A DNA stretch of 23,135 nt, from the NCBI GenBank assembly GCA_031459625.1, contig JAVKIH010000025.1:1-23135 (forward strand). The letters are read 5' to 3'. The DNA is from Candidatus Geohabitans tengchongensis. Lineage in GTDB: Bacteria; Sysuimicrobiota; Sysuimicrobiia; Sysuimicrobiales; Humicultoraceae. The notes under the pieces are model-generated. The model was not told where the DNA came from. It saw nothing but the letters and a program-made list of their open reading frames with translations, and searched no databases. This document shows, in pieces, positions 8,124-15,459 of the stretch (positions within the stretch are counted from its first letter, which is position 1; each line of letters starts with the position of its first letter). The position numbers were made by a program, and so were the translations under genes.

Positions 8124-8768
8124 TCAGTGGATCAGGCCGATGCGGTCGGGCGGCCAGTAGATGACGAGCGCCCGGCCGATGACGTTCCGCTCCGGGACGA
8201 AGCCGAAGAAGCGGCTGTCCTCGCTGTTGCAGCGGTTGTCTCCCAGGACGAAGAGGTGGCCCTCCGGGATCCGCTGGGGGCCGTAGGTGCTGGTGCAGGC
8301 GCGGTCGCCGCCACCCAGGGGCGTCGGGTAGCGCTCGCTGAGGGGACGGCCGTCGATCAGCACCAGCCCCTCCCGCAGCTCCACCGTCTCCCCGGCCAGC
8401 GCCACCACCCGCTTGACGAAGTCCTTGCTGGAGGCGAGCGGGTAGCGGAAGACGATGACGTCGCCGCGGCGGACGTCCCGGAAGCGGTAGGCGAACTTGG
8501 CCACGAGGATGCGGTCGCCCACCTGCAGGGTGGGCTCCATCGAGCCGGTGGGGATGTAGAAGGCCTGGACGACGAAGGTGATGATGAGGAAGCTCAGCAC
8601 CGCGGCGACGAGCGTGGCGTCCACCGTCTCCAGGACGGCGTGGCGCCACGGCGCCGGCACCAGCGCGGTGCGGCGGAGGAGCACCCGGACGAGGCCGAGC
8701 CCGACCGCGGCCAGCAGGATGAACGTGGGGATGGTGAGCGGCAGGCGCTCCAGCCACTCCAGCCGCAT
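8124..8768 (-). CDS. lepB: Signal peptidase I
   Basis: Two N-terminal TM segments, IPTGSMEPTL (Ser), GDRI, DFVKRVVAL.GE (Lys), GDNR.NS.DSR.FG. Confidence 0.95.
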   Translation of the reverse strand: MRLEWLERLPLTIPTFILLAAVGLGLVRVLLRRTALVPAPWRHAVLETVDATLVAAVLSFLIITFVVQAFYIPTGSMEPTLQVGDRILVAKFAYRFRDVRRGDVIVFRYPLASSKDFVKRVVALAGETVELREGLVLIDGRPLSERYPTPLGGGDRACTSTYGPQRIPEGHLFVLGDNRCNSEDSRFFGFVPERNVIGRALVIYWPPDRIGLIH

Positions 8769-8786
8769 GCCCGGCCGTCCGGCGGC

Positions 8787-9128
8787 CTAGCGCTGCTCCC
8801 GGATGCGCGCGGCCTTGCCGACCTTCTCCCGCAGGTAGTAGAGCTTCGCCCGCCGCACCCGGCCCCGGCGCACCACCTCGATGCGCTCGATGCGCGGCGA
8901 GTGGACGGGGAAGATGCGCTCCACGCCGATGCCGTGGCTCACCCGCCGGACGGTGAAGGTCTCGCGGCGCCCCGCGCCCTTGCGGGCGATGACCACGCCC
9001 TCGAAGACCTGCGTGCGCTCGCGCCCGCCCTCCACGACCTTGATGTGCACCCGCACCGTGTCGCCCGGGCCGAACGCGGGGAGCGTGGCACGCAGGCCCT
9101 CGCGGTCGACGACTGCCAGCTTGTCCAT
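8787..9128 (-). CDS. rplS: 50S ribosomal protein L19
   Basis: [41 protein letters not shown]. Confidence 0.98.
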   Translation of the reverse strand: MDKLAVVDREGLRATLPAFGPGDTVRVHIKVVEGGRERTQVFEGVVIARKGAGRRETFTVRRVSHGIGVERIFPVHSPRIERIEVVRRGRVRRAKLYYLREKVGKAARIREQR

Positions 9129-9158
9129 GGAGCCCTCTCCCTCCGATTACGACCCCTG

Positions 9159-9164
9159 ATTATA
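9159..9164 (-). promoter_or_regulatory. Perfect -10 box (TATAAT) upstream of rplS
   Basis: attata on the + strand in a GC-rich background, 30 nt before the rplS ATG and ahead of a GGAGG SD. No good -35. Confidence 0.55.
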
Positions 9165-9259
9165 GGCGACCGGGGCGGGTGCTGCCCAGGCATCCCGGAC
9201 GCGCGGCGTCCGCGGCGCGCAACCGCGGTCCGCCCGACCGGCCAGGCAGCCCGGGCCGA

Positions 9260-10144
9260 TCACGCACCGCGCTGAGGCGCCTGCGGACCCTCCTCCCCGG
9301 CCCCGACATCGGGGCGCTCTGCGGGACCGCCGTCGCCGCCGGTGCGGGCGTCCCGTCGTTCCGCCGCCCCACCGCCCGCACCCTGCACGGCTGACCGCTC
9401 GCCCGTGGCGCTCCCCTCCGCGCGGTCGAGCTCGGCCAGCAGGCGCCGGTCCTCCTCGGTGAGCACCGCCCGCTCCAGCAGGTCGGGCCGCCGCTCGCGG
9501 GTGCGGCGCAATTGCTCCCGCCGGCGCCAGCGCCGGATCTCGGCGTGGTGCCCGGAGAGGAGGACTTCGGGTACGCGCATCCCCCGGAACTCCGCCGGCC
9601 GCGTGTAGTGCGGGTAGTCCAGCAGCCCCTCGCTGAAGGACTCCGCCGCCACGGAGGCCGCATCGCCCACCACCCCGGGGACGAGGCGGGCCACCGCGTC
9701 GACGATGACCATGGCCGGCAGCTCCCCGCCGCTGAGGACGTAGTCGCCGAGGGAGATCTCCTCCGCCCCCAGCCCCTCCCGCACCCGCTCGTCGATCCCC
9801 TCGTAGTGGCCGCAGAGGATCACCAGGTGCCGCTCCCGGCTCAGCTCCCGCACGAGCGCCTGGGTGAGCCGCCGCCCCTGCGGGGAAGGGAGGAGCAGGC
9901 GCGGGGTCCCGCCGGCCTCCCGCCGGATGGCCTCGACGGCGGCGAAGAAGGGCTCCGGCTTCATCACCATGCCCGGCCCGCCCCCGTAGGGGACGTCGTC
10001 GACCTGGCGGTGGCGGTCGGTGGTGAAGTCCCGCAGGTCGTGGATGCGGATGTCCACGAGACCCCGCGCCCGGGCCCGCCCCACGATGCTCACTTCGAGC
10101 GGCGTGAACGCCTCCGGGAAGATCGTGACGATGTCGATACGCAT
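9260..10144 (-). CDS. trmD: tRNA (guanine37-N1)-methyltransferase
   Basis: [63 protein letters not shown], plus a Gly/Ala-rich tail. Confidence 0.97.
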   Translation of the reverse strand: MRIDIVTIFPEAFTPLEVSIVGRARARGLVDIRIHDLRDFTTDRHRQVDDVPYGGGPGMVMKPEPFFAAVEAIRREAGGTPRLLLPSPQGRRLTQALVRELSRERHLVILCGHYEGIDERVREGLGAEEISLGDYVLSGGELPAMVIVDAVARLVPGVVGDAASVAAESFSEGLLDYPHYTRPAEFRGMRVPEVLLSGHHAEIRRWRRREQLRRTRERRPDLLERAVLTEEDRRLLAELDRAEGSATGERSAVQGAGGGAAERRDARTGGDGGPAERPDVGAGEEGPQAPQRGA

Positions 10145-10151
10145 GCGGGCC

Positions 10152-10835
10152 TCACGCGGGAGTCCGGGACCGGCCCGGTGCCCGGGCGGGGGCCGGCGTT
10201 GCGGCCCGGTCCAGCGTTGCCGCCCGGGCCGGCGTGCCGGCCCGGGCCGGCGTCCGCGTGGGGCGCCGGATCGTGGGCAGGTCCGGGGGGACCTCCACCG
10301 TCATCGTGCCGGCGGCCGGGTCGATGGCCCGCACCACGGGGCGGGTGGCCGGCAGGAGCACCTCCGCCTCCGGCCCGGTCACCCGGTAGACGTCGTGCGC
10401 CGCGCCCCGCAGCACCTCGGTGACGGTGCCGAGCACCTCCCCCGAGGTGGTGCGCACGGTGAGGCCCAGGACCTCGCCGACGTAGTAGGTGCCGGGCGGC
10501 AGCGGCACGCGCGCTTCCCAGGGCACGAGGAGGTCGGCGCCGGCCAGCGTCCGCGCCGCCTCGGGGTTCTCGACGCCCGCCAGCTTCACCAGGGCCACCG
10601 CGCCCTGCCAGCGCACCCCTTCCACCTTCCGCACCTCCGTGCGGTCGCCCCGGCGCACCAGCACCTCGCGCAGGCGGGTGAAGCGCTCGGGGAAGTCGGT
10701 CTCCGGGCGCACCTTCACCTCCCCGCGCACCCCGTGGGGACGCAGCACCCGCCCCACCACCAGGGCGCGGCCCGGAAGGCCGCGACCACCGGCCGGGTGG
10801 GGGTCAGGGCTCGCGGACCTCGATGACGATCCCAT
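10152..10835 (-). CDS. rimM: 16S rRNA processing protein RimM
   Basis: [14 protein letters not shown]...TDFPERF, YY...V.GL.V....G..LG.V.EV...AHDVY, LLP, between ylqD and trmD. Start uncertain. Confidence 0.92.
   Translation of the reverse strand: MGSSSRSASPDPHPAGGRGLPGRALVVGRVLRPHGVRGEVKVRPETDFPERFTRLREVLVRRGDRTEVRKVEGVRWQGAVALVKLAGVENPEAARTLAGADLLVPWEARVPLPPGTYYVGEVLGLTVRTTSGEVLGTVTEVLRGAAHDVYRVTGPEAEVLLPATRPVVRAIDPAAGTMTVEVPPDLPTIRRPTRTPARAGTPARAATLDRAATPAPARAPGRSRTPA
10192..10263. repeat. Four degenerate 18-bp tandem repeats encoding the RimM tail ([24 protein letters not shown])
   Basis: Units start at 10192, 10210, 10228 and 10246; consensus gccggcgtNnnngcccgg. Confidence 0.7.
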
Positions 10836-11208
10836 CCTTGACCAGGATCTCGCTGCGCCCGAGCTTCTGGAAGAGGTTGTCGCCGACGCGGATCTCCGTG
10901 AGGCTCTCCACCGTCCCCTGCGGGAACTCGCTGTTGAGCTCGAGCTGCTCGACCTCGCGCAGCCGGGCCTGCAGTTCGGCGCGCGTCGCCTCCTGCCGCG
11001 CCCGCTCCACCTCGAGCTGCTGCCGCACCGCCCGCGCCTGCGGGGTGATCTGCCGCTCCAGCTCGGTACGCCGGATCTGGGTCTCGATCTGGCCGATCAG
11101 CTCCTCGACCCGCTCGATCGCCTCCTCCAGCTCCCGGCGGTAGAGGCGCTTGAAGCTCTCCGTCACGACCGCCTTGATGACGATCGGGCGGATCACGGTG
11201 ATGGCCAT
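10804..11208 (-). CDS. ylqD: YlqD family protein
   Basis: [17 protein letters not shown], coiled coil, QGTVES...I.VGDN....L...[22 protein letters not shown]; canonical position before rimM. Confidence 0.85.
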   Translation of the reverse strand: MAITVIRPIVIKAVVTESFKRLYRRELEEAIERVEELIGQIETQIRRTELERQITPQARAVRQQLEVERARQEATRAELQARLREVEQLELNSEFPQGTVESLTEIRVGDNLFQKLGRSEILVKDGIVIEVREP

Positions 11209-11555
11209 GGGTCCTCCTCCTCGTCCCGTCCTGGACCGACCGGGCTCCCCGGCCGGTCCGCGCCGGCACCGGCGTCGCCCTCCTGGTGGATGGCGAGGTG
11301 CGCGTGCGTCCGCCACCGCTGGCCGGCGGCGCGCACGACGGCCCGCAGCGACCGGGCGATGCGTCCCTGGCGACCGATCACCTTCCCCATGTCGTCGGGG
11401 GCGACCCGCAGCGTCACGACGGTGCCGCGGGCGTCGGCGCGGGCCTCGGTGTGCACGGCCTCCGGCCGGTCGACCAGGCCCCGGGCGATGAAGCCCACCA
11501 GGTCGGCCAGTCGTCGCCCGGCCTCCGCGGGGTCGTCCGCGGGCCCGGCGCTCAC
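11193..11555 (-). CDS. khpA: KH-domain RNA-binding protein KhpA/YlqC
   Basis: [46 protein letters not shown] overlap with the rpsP stop. Confidence 0.9.
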   Translation of the reverse strand: MSAGPADDPAEAGRRLADLVGFIARGLVDRPEAVHTEARADARGTVVTLRVAPDDMGKVIGRQGRIARSLRAVVRAAGQRWRTHAHLAIHQEGDAGAGADRPGSPVGPGRDEEEDPWPSP

Positions 11556-11836
11556 GACGGCGGCGCGGCGGCGCGGCGCCGCTCCTCCCACTTGCGCAGG
11601 ATGCCGGTCCTCTCCAGCAGCACCCGGGCCGCGTCGGAGGGGCGCGCCCCCCGGCTCAGCCACAGGAGCGCCTTCTCCTCGTCCACCTGGATCGTCGACG
11701 GCTCGGTGCGCGGGTTGTAGTAGCCAAGCGCCTCGATGTACTTGCCGTCCCGCGGCCGGCGCGAGTCGGCGACGACCAGCCGGTAGGAGGGCTGATGCTT
11801 CTTGCCCAGGCGCATCAGCCGGATCTTCACCGCCAT
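11552..11836 (-). CDS. rpsP: 30S ribosomal protein S16
   Basis: [45 protein letters not shown]. Confidence 0.98.
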   Translation of the reverse strand: MAVKIRLMRLGKKHQPSYRLVVADSRRPRDGKYIEALGYYNPRTEPSTIQVDEEKALLWLSRGARPSDAARVLLERTGILRKWEERRRAAAPPS

Positions 11837-13188
11837 GGTGGTCCACCTCCAGGGAAGGGGCCCGCCTCGCCGGCGGCGCCCCGCTGTCGCTTCCCCCGCC
11901 GGCCCAGGCCCTGCACCTGACGTACCAGGCGGCGGGCCTCCTCGAACTGCTTGAGCAGGCGGTTGACGTCCTGCACGCTCATTCCCGAGCCGCGGGCGAT
12001 GCGCCGCCGGCGGCTGCCGTCGATGATGGCCGGGTTCTGCCGCTCCTGCGGGGTCATGGAGTTGATCATCGCCTCCACGTGGACGAGCTGCCGTTCGTCC
12101 ACCTGCAGCGTCCCGCGCATCCGGCCGAGGCCGGGGAGCAGCTCCAGGAGCTGATCGAGCGGCCCCATGCGCCGCACCTGGCGGAGCTGCTCCAGGAAGT
12201 CGGCCAGCGTGAACTCCCCGCGCCGCAGCCGCCGCTCCAGCTGGGCGGCCGCCTCCGCGTCCATGGTGGCCTGGGCCTTCTCGATGAGCGTGAGGACGTC
12301 GCCCATGCCCAGGATGCGCGCGGCCATGCGGTCGGGGTGGAAGGGCTCGAGCGCCTCCACCCGCTCGCCGACCCCGACGAAGAGGATGGGCACGCCCGTG
12401 ACCGCCACCACGGAGAGGGCCGCGCCGCCGCGGGCGTCCCCGTCGAGCTTGGTGAGGATGAGCCCGTCGAGGCCCAGGGCGGCAAACCCCTGGGCCATGC
12501 GCACTGCGTCCTGGCCGGCCATGGCGTCGAGGGTGAGGAGGACCTCGGTGGGCCGCAGCGCCTCGCGCATGCGGGCCAGCTCCGCCATGAGGATCTCGGC
12601 GATGTGCAGCCGCCCGGCCGAGTCGACGATGAGCACGTCGTGGCCGCTGCGGCGGGCATGGTCCACCGCGGCCAGCCCCACCGCCACCGGATCGGTCGCC
12701 CCCGGCTGGGTGAAGGTGGGGACCCCGGCCTGCCGCCCCACCGCCTCGAGCTGCTCCACCGCCGCCGGGCGGCGCAGGTCGGTGGCCACGAGGAGCGGGT
12801 GGCGCCCGCGGCGGCGCAGCAGGTAGCCGAGCTTGGCGGCGGTGGTCGTCTTGCCGGTCCCGTGGAGCCCCACCAGCAGGAGGACGGTGGGGGGCTGCGG
12901 CGCGGTGCGCAGGTCGCGGTGGGCCCCGCCGAGCAGGCGGACGAGCTCGTCGTAGACGATCTTGATCACCTGCTGGGCCGGGGTGAGGCTCTTCCAGATC
13001 TCCTGGCCCACGGCGGCCTCGCGCACGCGGGCGACGAAGTCGCGCGCCACGGTGAAGTGGACGTCGGCCTCGAGCAGGGCCAGCCGCACCTCGCGCAGCG
13101 CCGCGTCCACGTCCTCGGGGCTGAGGTGGCCGCGTCCGGTGAGCCGCCGGAAGATCTCGCCGAGCCGGGCCTGCAGGCTCTCGAACAT
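11827..13188 (-). CDS. ffh: Signal recognition particle protein Ffh
   Basis: [60 protein letters not shown] domain [16 protein letters not shown]. Confidence 0.97.
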   Translation of the reverse strand: MFESLQARLGEIFRRLTGRGHLSPEDVDAALREVRLALLEADVHFTVARDFVARVREAAVGQEIWKSLTPAQQVIKIVYDELVRLLGGAHRDLRTAPQPPTVLLLVGLHGTGKTTTAAKLGYLLRRRGRHPLLVATDLRRPAAVEQLEAVGRQAGVPTFTQPGATDPVAVGLAAVDHARRSGHDVLIVDSAGRLHIAEILMAELARMREALRPTEVLLTLDAMAGQDAVRMAQGFAALGLDGLILTKLDGDARGGAALSVVAVTGVPILFVGVGERVEALEPFHPDRMAARILGMGDVLTLIEKAQATMDAEAAAQLERRLRRGEFTLADFLEQLRQVRRMGPLDQLLELLPGLGRMRGTLQVDERQLVHVEAMINSMTPQERQNPAIIDGSRRRRIARGSGMSVQDVNRLLKQFEEARRLVRQVQGLGRRGKRQRGAAGEAGPFPGGGPPWR

Positions 13189-13805
13189 CACGCCTCCTTC
13201 ACCGCGTCGAAGACCCGGAACCCACCGCCCCGGGCCACCTCGCGCACGTTGCCGAACAGCGCCGCCACGTGGCGCGCCAGGGTGCGGGCGCCCTGGGCGG
13301 TGCGGGCCACGAACAGGAAGCGCCCGCCCGACCGCAGGCGGGCGTGGGCGCCGGCGAAGAGGGCCAGCACCTGCGCCCGCCCGGCCCGGATGGGCGGGTT
13401 CGTCACCACCAGGTCCACCGGACCGGGGACGACCTCCGCCCCGTCGCCCAGGTAGACGGTGACGTTGGCCAGGGCATTGCGCGCGGCGTTGGCGCGCGCC
13501 AGCTCCACCGCGCGCGGGTTGACGTCCACCAGGTGCGCCCACCCCTGCGGCGCCAGCGCCGCCGCCACCAGGCCGAGCACGCCGTAGCCGCACCCCAGGT
13601 CGAGGACCTGGTCGGCCGGCCCCACCGGCATCGTCTCCGCCAGCAGGCGCGTCCCGCGGTCCACGCCGCGCGCGCTGAAGACGCCCCGGTCGGTCTGGAA
13701 GACGAAGCGGCGCCCCCGCAGCGTCACCGCCAGCTCGCGGATCCGGCGGCGCGGGGTGGGGACGGTGCTGAAGTAGTGGCCGGGGACGTCCGGACGCGGC
13801 GTCAT
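13188..13805 (-). CDS. Class I SAM-dependent methyltransferase, RsmC/YbxB-like (small domain)
   Basis: [43 protein letters not shown]. Its stop overlaps the ffh start (TGATG). Confidence 0.88.
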   Translation of the reverse strand: MTPRPDVPGHYFSTVPTPRRRIRELAVTLRGRRFVFQTDRGVFSARGVDRGTRLLAETMPVGPADQVLDLGCGYGVLGLVAAALAPQGWAHLVDVNPRAVELARANAARNALANVTVYLGDGAEVVPGPVDLVVTNPPIRAGRAQVLALFAGAHARLRSGGRFLFVARTAQGARTLARHVAALFGNVREVARGGGFRVFDAVKEA

Positions 13806-13879
13806 GAGCGGTCGCCCCCCGCCCGCGGCGGCCTCACCCGCGGCGGCCTCGCCCGCAGCGGCCCTGCCCGCGACGGCAT
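13802..13879 (-). CDS. Putative 25-aa bridging mini-[28 protein letters not shown]
   Basis: Its ATG overlaps the ylxM stop (TGATG) and its stop overlaps the methyltransferase start (ATGA). Confidence 0.3.
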   Translation of the reverse strand: MPSRAGPLRARPPRVRPPRAGGDRS

Positions 13880-13881
13880 CA
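13822..13881. repeat. Four 15-bp tandem repeats between ylxM and the methyltransferase
   Basis: cccgcggcggcctca / cccgcggcggcctcg / cccgcagcggccctg / cccgcgacggcatca. Confidence 0.85.
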
Positions 13882-14349
13882 GGAGACCTCGCCCACACCG
13901 GCCTCATCGCCCGCCGCGAGCTGTCCGGCCACGGCGTCCACCTCTCCCGCCAGGGCGCGCAGGTCGGGGTGGTCGAGGTCGTCGGCCAGGACCCGCAGCC
14001 GACGGGCCACGGCGCGCAAGGTCCGGCGGGCGGCGGCGGGCGCAGCCAGGGCCGGCGGGGTGCGGCCCGCAGACACGGGACGGGAGGGCGCGGCCTGGGG
14101 GGCCGGGGCTGGGCGCGGGCGGCCCACCAGGCCCAGGTGTTCCTCCAGGCGGATCAGCGCCTCCATCGAGCGCTGGAGGCTGTCGTGGACCGCCTGGCGG
14201 GTGATGCGCAGCCGCTCGGCGATCTCGCCCAGCGAGAGGTCGTCGAAGTAGTAGAGGCGCATGAGGCGCTGCTGGCGCGCCGTGAGCAGACCGCCGTAGG
14301 TCTCGAAGAGCTGAATCGTCAGCAATCGCCTGGCCAGGTCGCGGCGCAT
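13879..14349 (-). CDS. ylxM: YlxM/UPF0122 sigma4-like HTH protein with Pro/Ala insertion
   Basis: LFETYGGLLT.RQ...M.LYY.DDLSLGEIAE...ITRQAVHD.L.RS...L..LEE.LGLV, between ftsY and ffh. Confidence 0.9.
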   Translation of the reverse strand: MRRDLARRLLTIQLFETYGGLLTARQQRLMRLYYFDDLSLGEIAERLRITRQAVHDSLQRSMEALIRLEEHLGLVGRPRPAPAPQAAPSRPVSAGRTPPALAAPAAARRTLRAVARRLRVLADDLDHPDLRALAGEVDAVAGQLAAGDEAGVGEVS

Positions 14350-14394
14350 CGCGCTCCCTGCCCCCGTCCCCTCGACCCAGTTTCGACCCGATTA

Positions 14395-14416
14395 TGTAAA
14401 GGTACTTAACTTGACA
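14395..14416. promoter_or_regulatory. Operator-like palindrome TGTAAAG-N8-CTTGACA
   Basis: 6/7 inverted repeat in an AT-rich patch just downstream of the predicted ylxM promoter. Confidence 0.6.
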
Positions 14417-14429
14417 AACTCCTCTTTCG

Positions 14430-14458
14430 AGCATACCCGACCGCACGGGCACGGTCAA
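14430..14458 (-). promoter_or_regulatory. sigma70-type promoter of the ylxM-ffh-rpsP operon
   Basis: Minus strand reads TTGACC (14458-14453), 17-bp spacer, TATGCT (14435-14430). Confidence 0.75.
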
Positions 14459-14491
14459 CGGGAGGAGTGCGATGGCCTGCAGAAAACGGCG

Positions 14492-15409
14492 CTACAGCGC
14501 CTCCGCGGGCGGCACCAGGGCGTCGACGAAGGCGTCGGGGTCGAAGGGGACCAGGTCCTCCACCCCTTCCCCCGTCCCGAGTAGCTTCACCGGCAGGCCC
14601 AGCTCGCGGGCGATGGCCAGCACGATCCCCCCTCTGGCGGTTCCGTCCACCTTGGTGAGGGCGATCCCCGTCACCTCCACCGCCTCGTGGAAGAGACGGG
14701 CCTGGCTCAGCGCGTTCTGCCCGGTGGTGGCGTCCAGCACCAGGAGGCGCTCCACCGCCGGAGGGTCGGCGCGGCGGACGATCCGGTCGATCTTGCGCAG
14801 CTCCTCCATCAGGTTGACCTTGGTGTGGAGCCGGCCGGCGGTGTCGATGAGCGCCACGTCGGCCCCACGGGCGCGCGCCGCCTCCAGCGTGTCGAAGACC
14901 ACCGCCCCGGGGTCGCCGCCCGGGCGGTGCGCCACCACCTCGGCGCCCACCCGCGCGCCCCAGCGGGACAGCTGTTCGGCGGCCGCGGCGCGGAAGGTGT
15001 CGGCTGCGCCCAGGAGGACGCGCTTCCCCTCGGCGCGCAACCGCCATGCCAGCTTGCCGATGGTGGTGGTCTTCCCCGTGCCGTTCACGCCCAGGACGAG
15101 GATGACGGCGGGCGGGGGCTCGGTGCGCAGGGGGACGGGCGGGCCGAGGAGCTCGCGCAGGGCCTGCCGCAGCGCCGCCCGCACGTCCGCGGCGGTGCGC
15201 AGTCCGCGGCCCGCGCGCAGGCGGTCGACGATGTGTGCGGCGGTGGCCGCGCCGACGTCGGCGAGGATCAGCGCCTCCTCCACCGCCTCGAGGGTGCGTG
15301 CGTCGACGGGGCGCCCCACCAGGGCGTCGAGGGAGGCGGCGAGCTGCTCCCGCGTCCGCCCCAGCCCCTCGCGCAGCCGCTGCCACCACCCCCGCCCGGT
15401 CTCCGCCAT
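14492..15409 (-). CDS. ftsY: SRP receptor FtsY (NG domain only)
   Basis: EEALI.ADVG, GVNGTGKTTTIGKLA, DTFRAAA.EQL, DTAGRLHTKVNLMEEL, DATTGQNA, TKVDGTARGG. Confidence 0.97.
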   Translation of the reverse strand: MAETGRGWWQRLREGLGRTREQLAASLDALVGRPVDARTLEAVEEALILADVGAATAAHIVDRLRAGRGLRTAADVRAALRQALRELLGPPVPLRTEPPPAVILVLGVNGTGKTTTIGKLAWRLRAEGKRVLLGAADTFRAAAAEQLSRWGARVGAEVVAHRPGGDPGAVVFDTLEAARARGADVALIDTAGRLHTKVNLMEELRKIDRIVRRADPPAVERLLVLDATTGQNALSQARLFHEAVEVTGIALTKVDGTARGGIVLAIARELGLPVKLLGTGEGVEDLVPFDPDAFVDALVPPAEAL

Positions 15410-15459
15410 CGCTCAGGTCCCTGAGGGCGTGTCCCTTCGCGCGCTGCGGGCGTGCCGCG

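Noticed and set aside
12600..12875. Ffh motif variants ([13 protein letters not shown])
   Set aside because: Conservative changes; the P-loop Lys/Thr and DxxG are intact.
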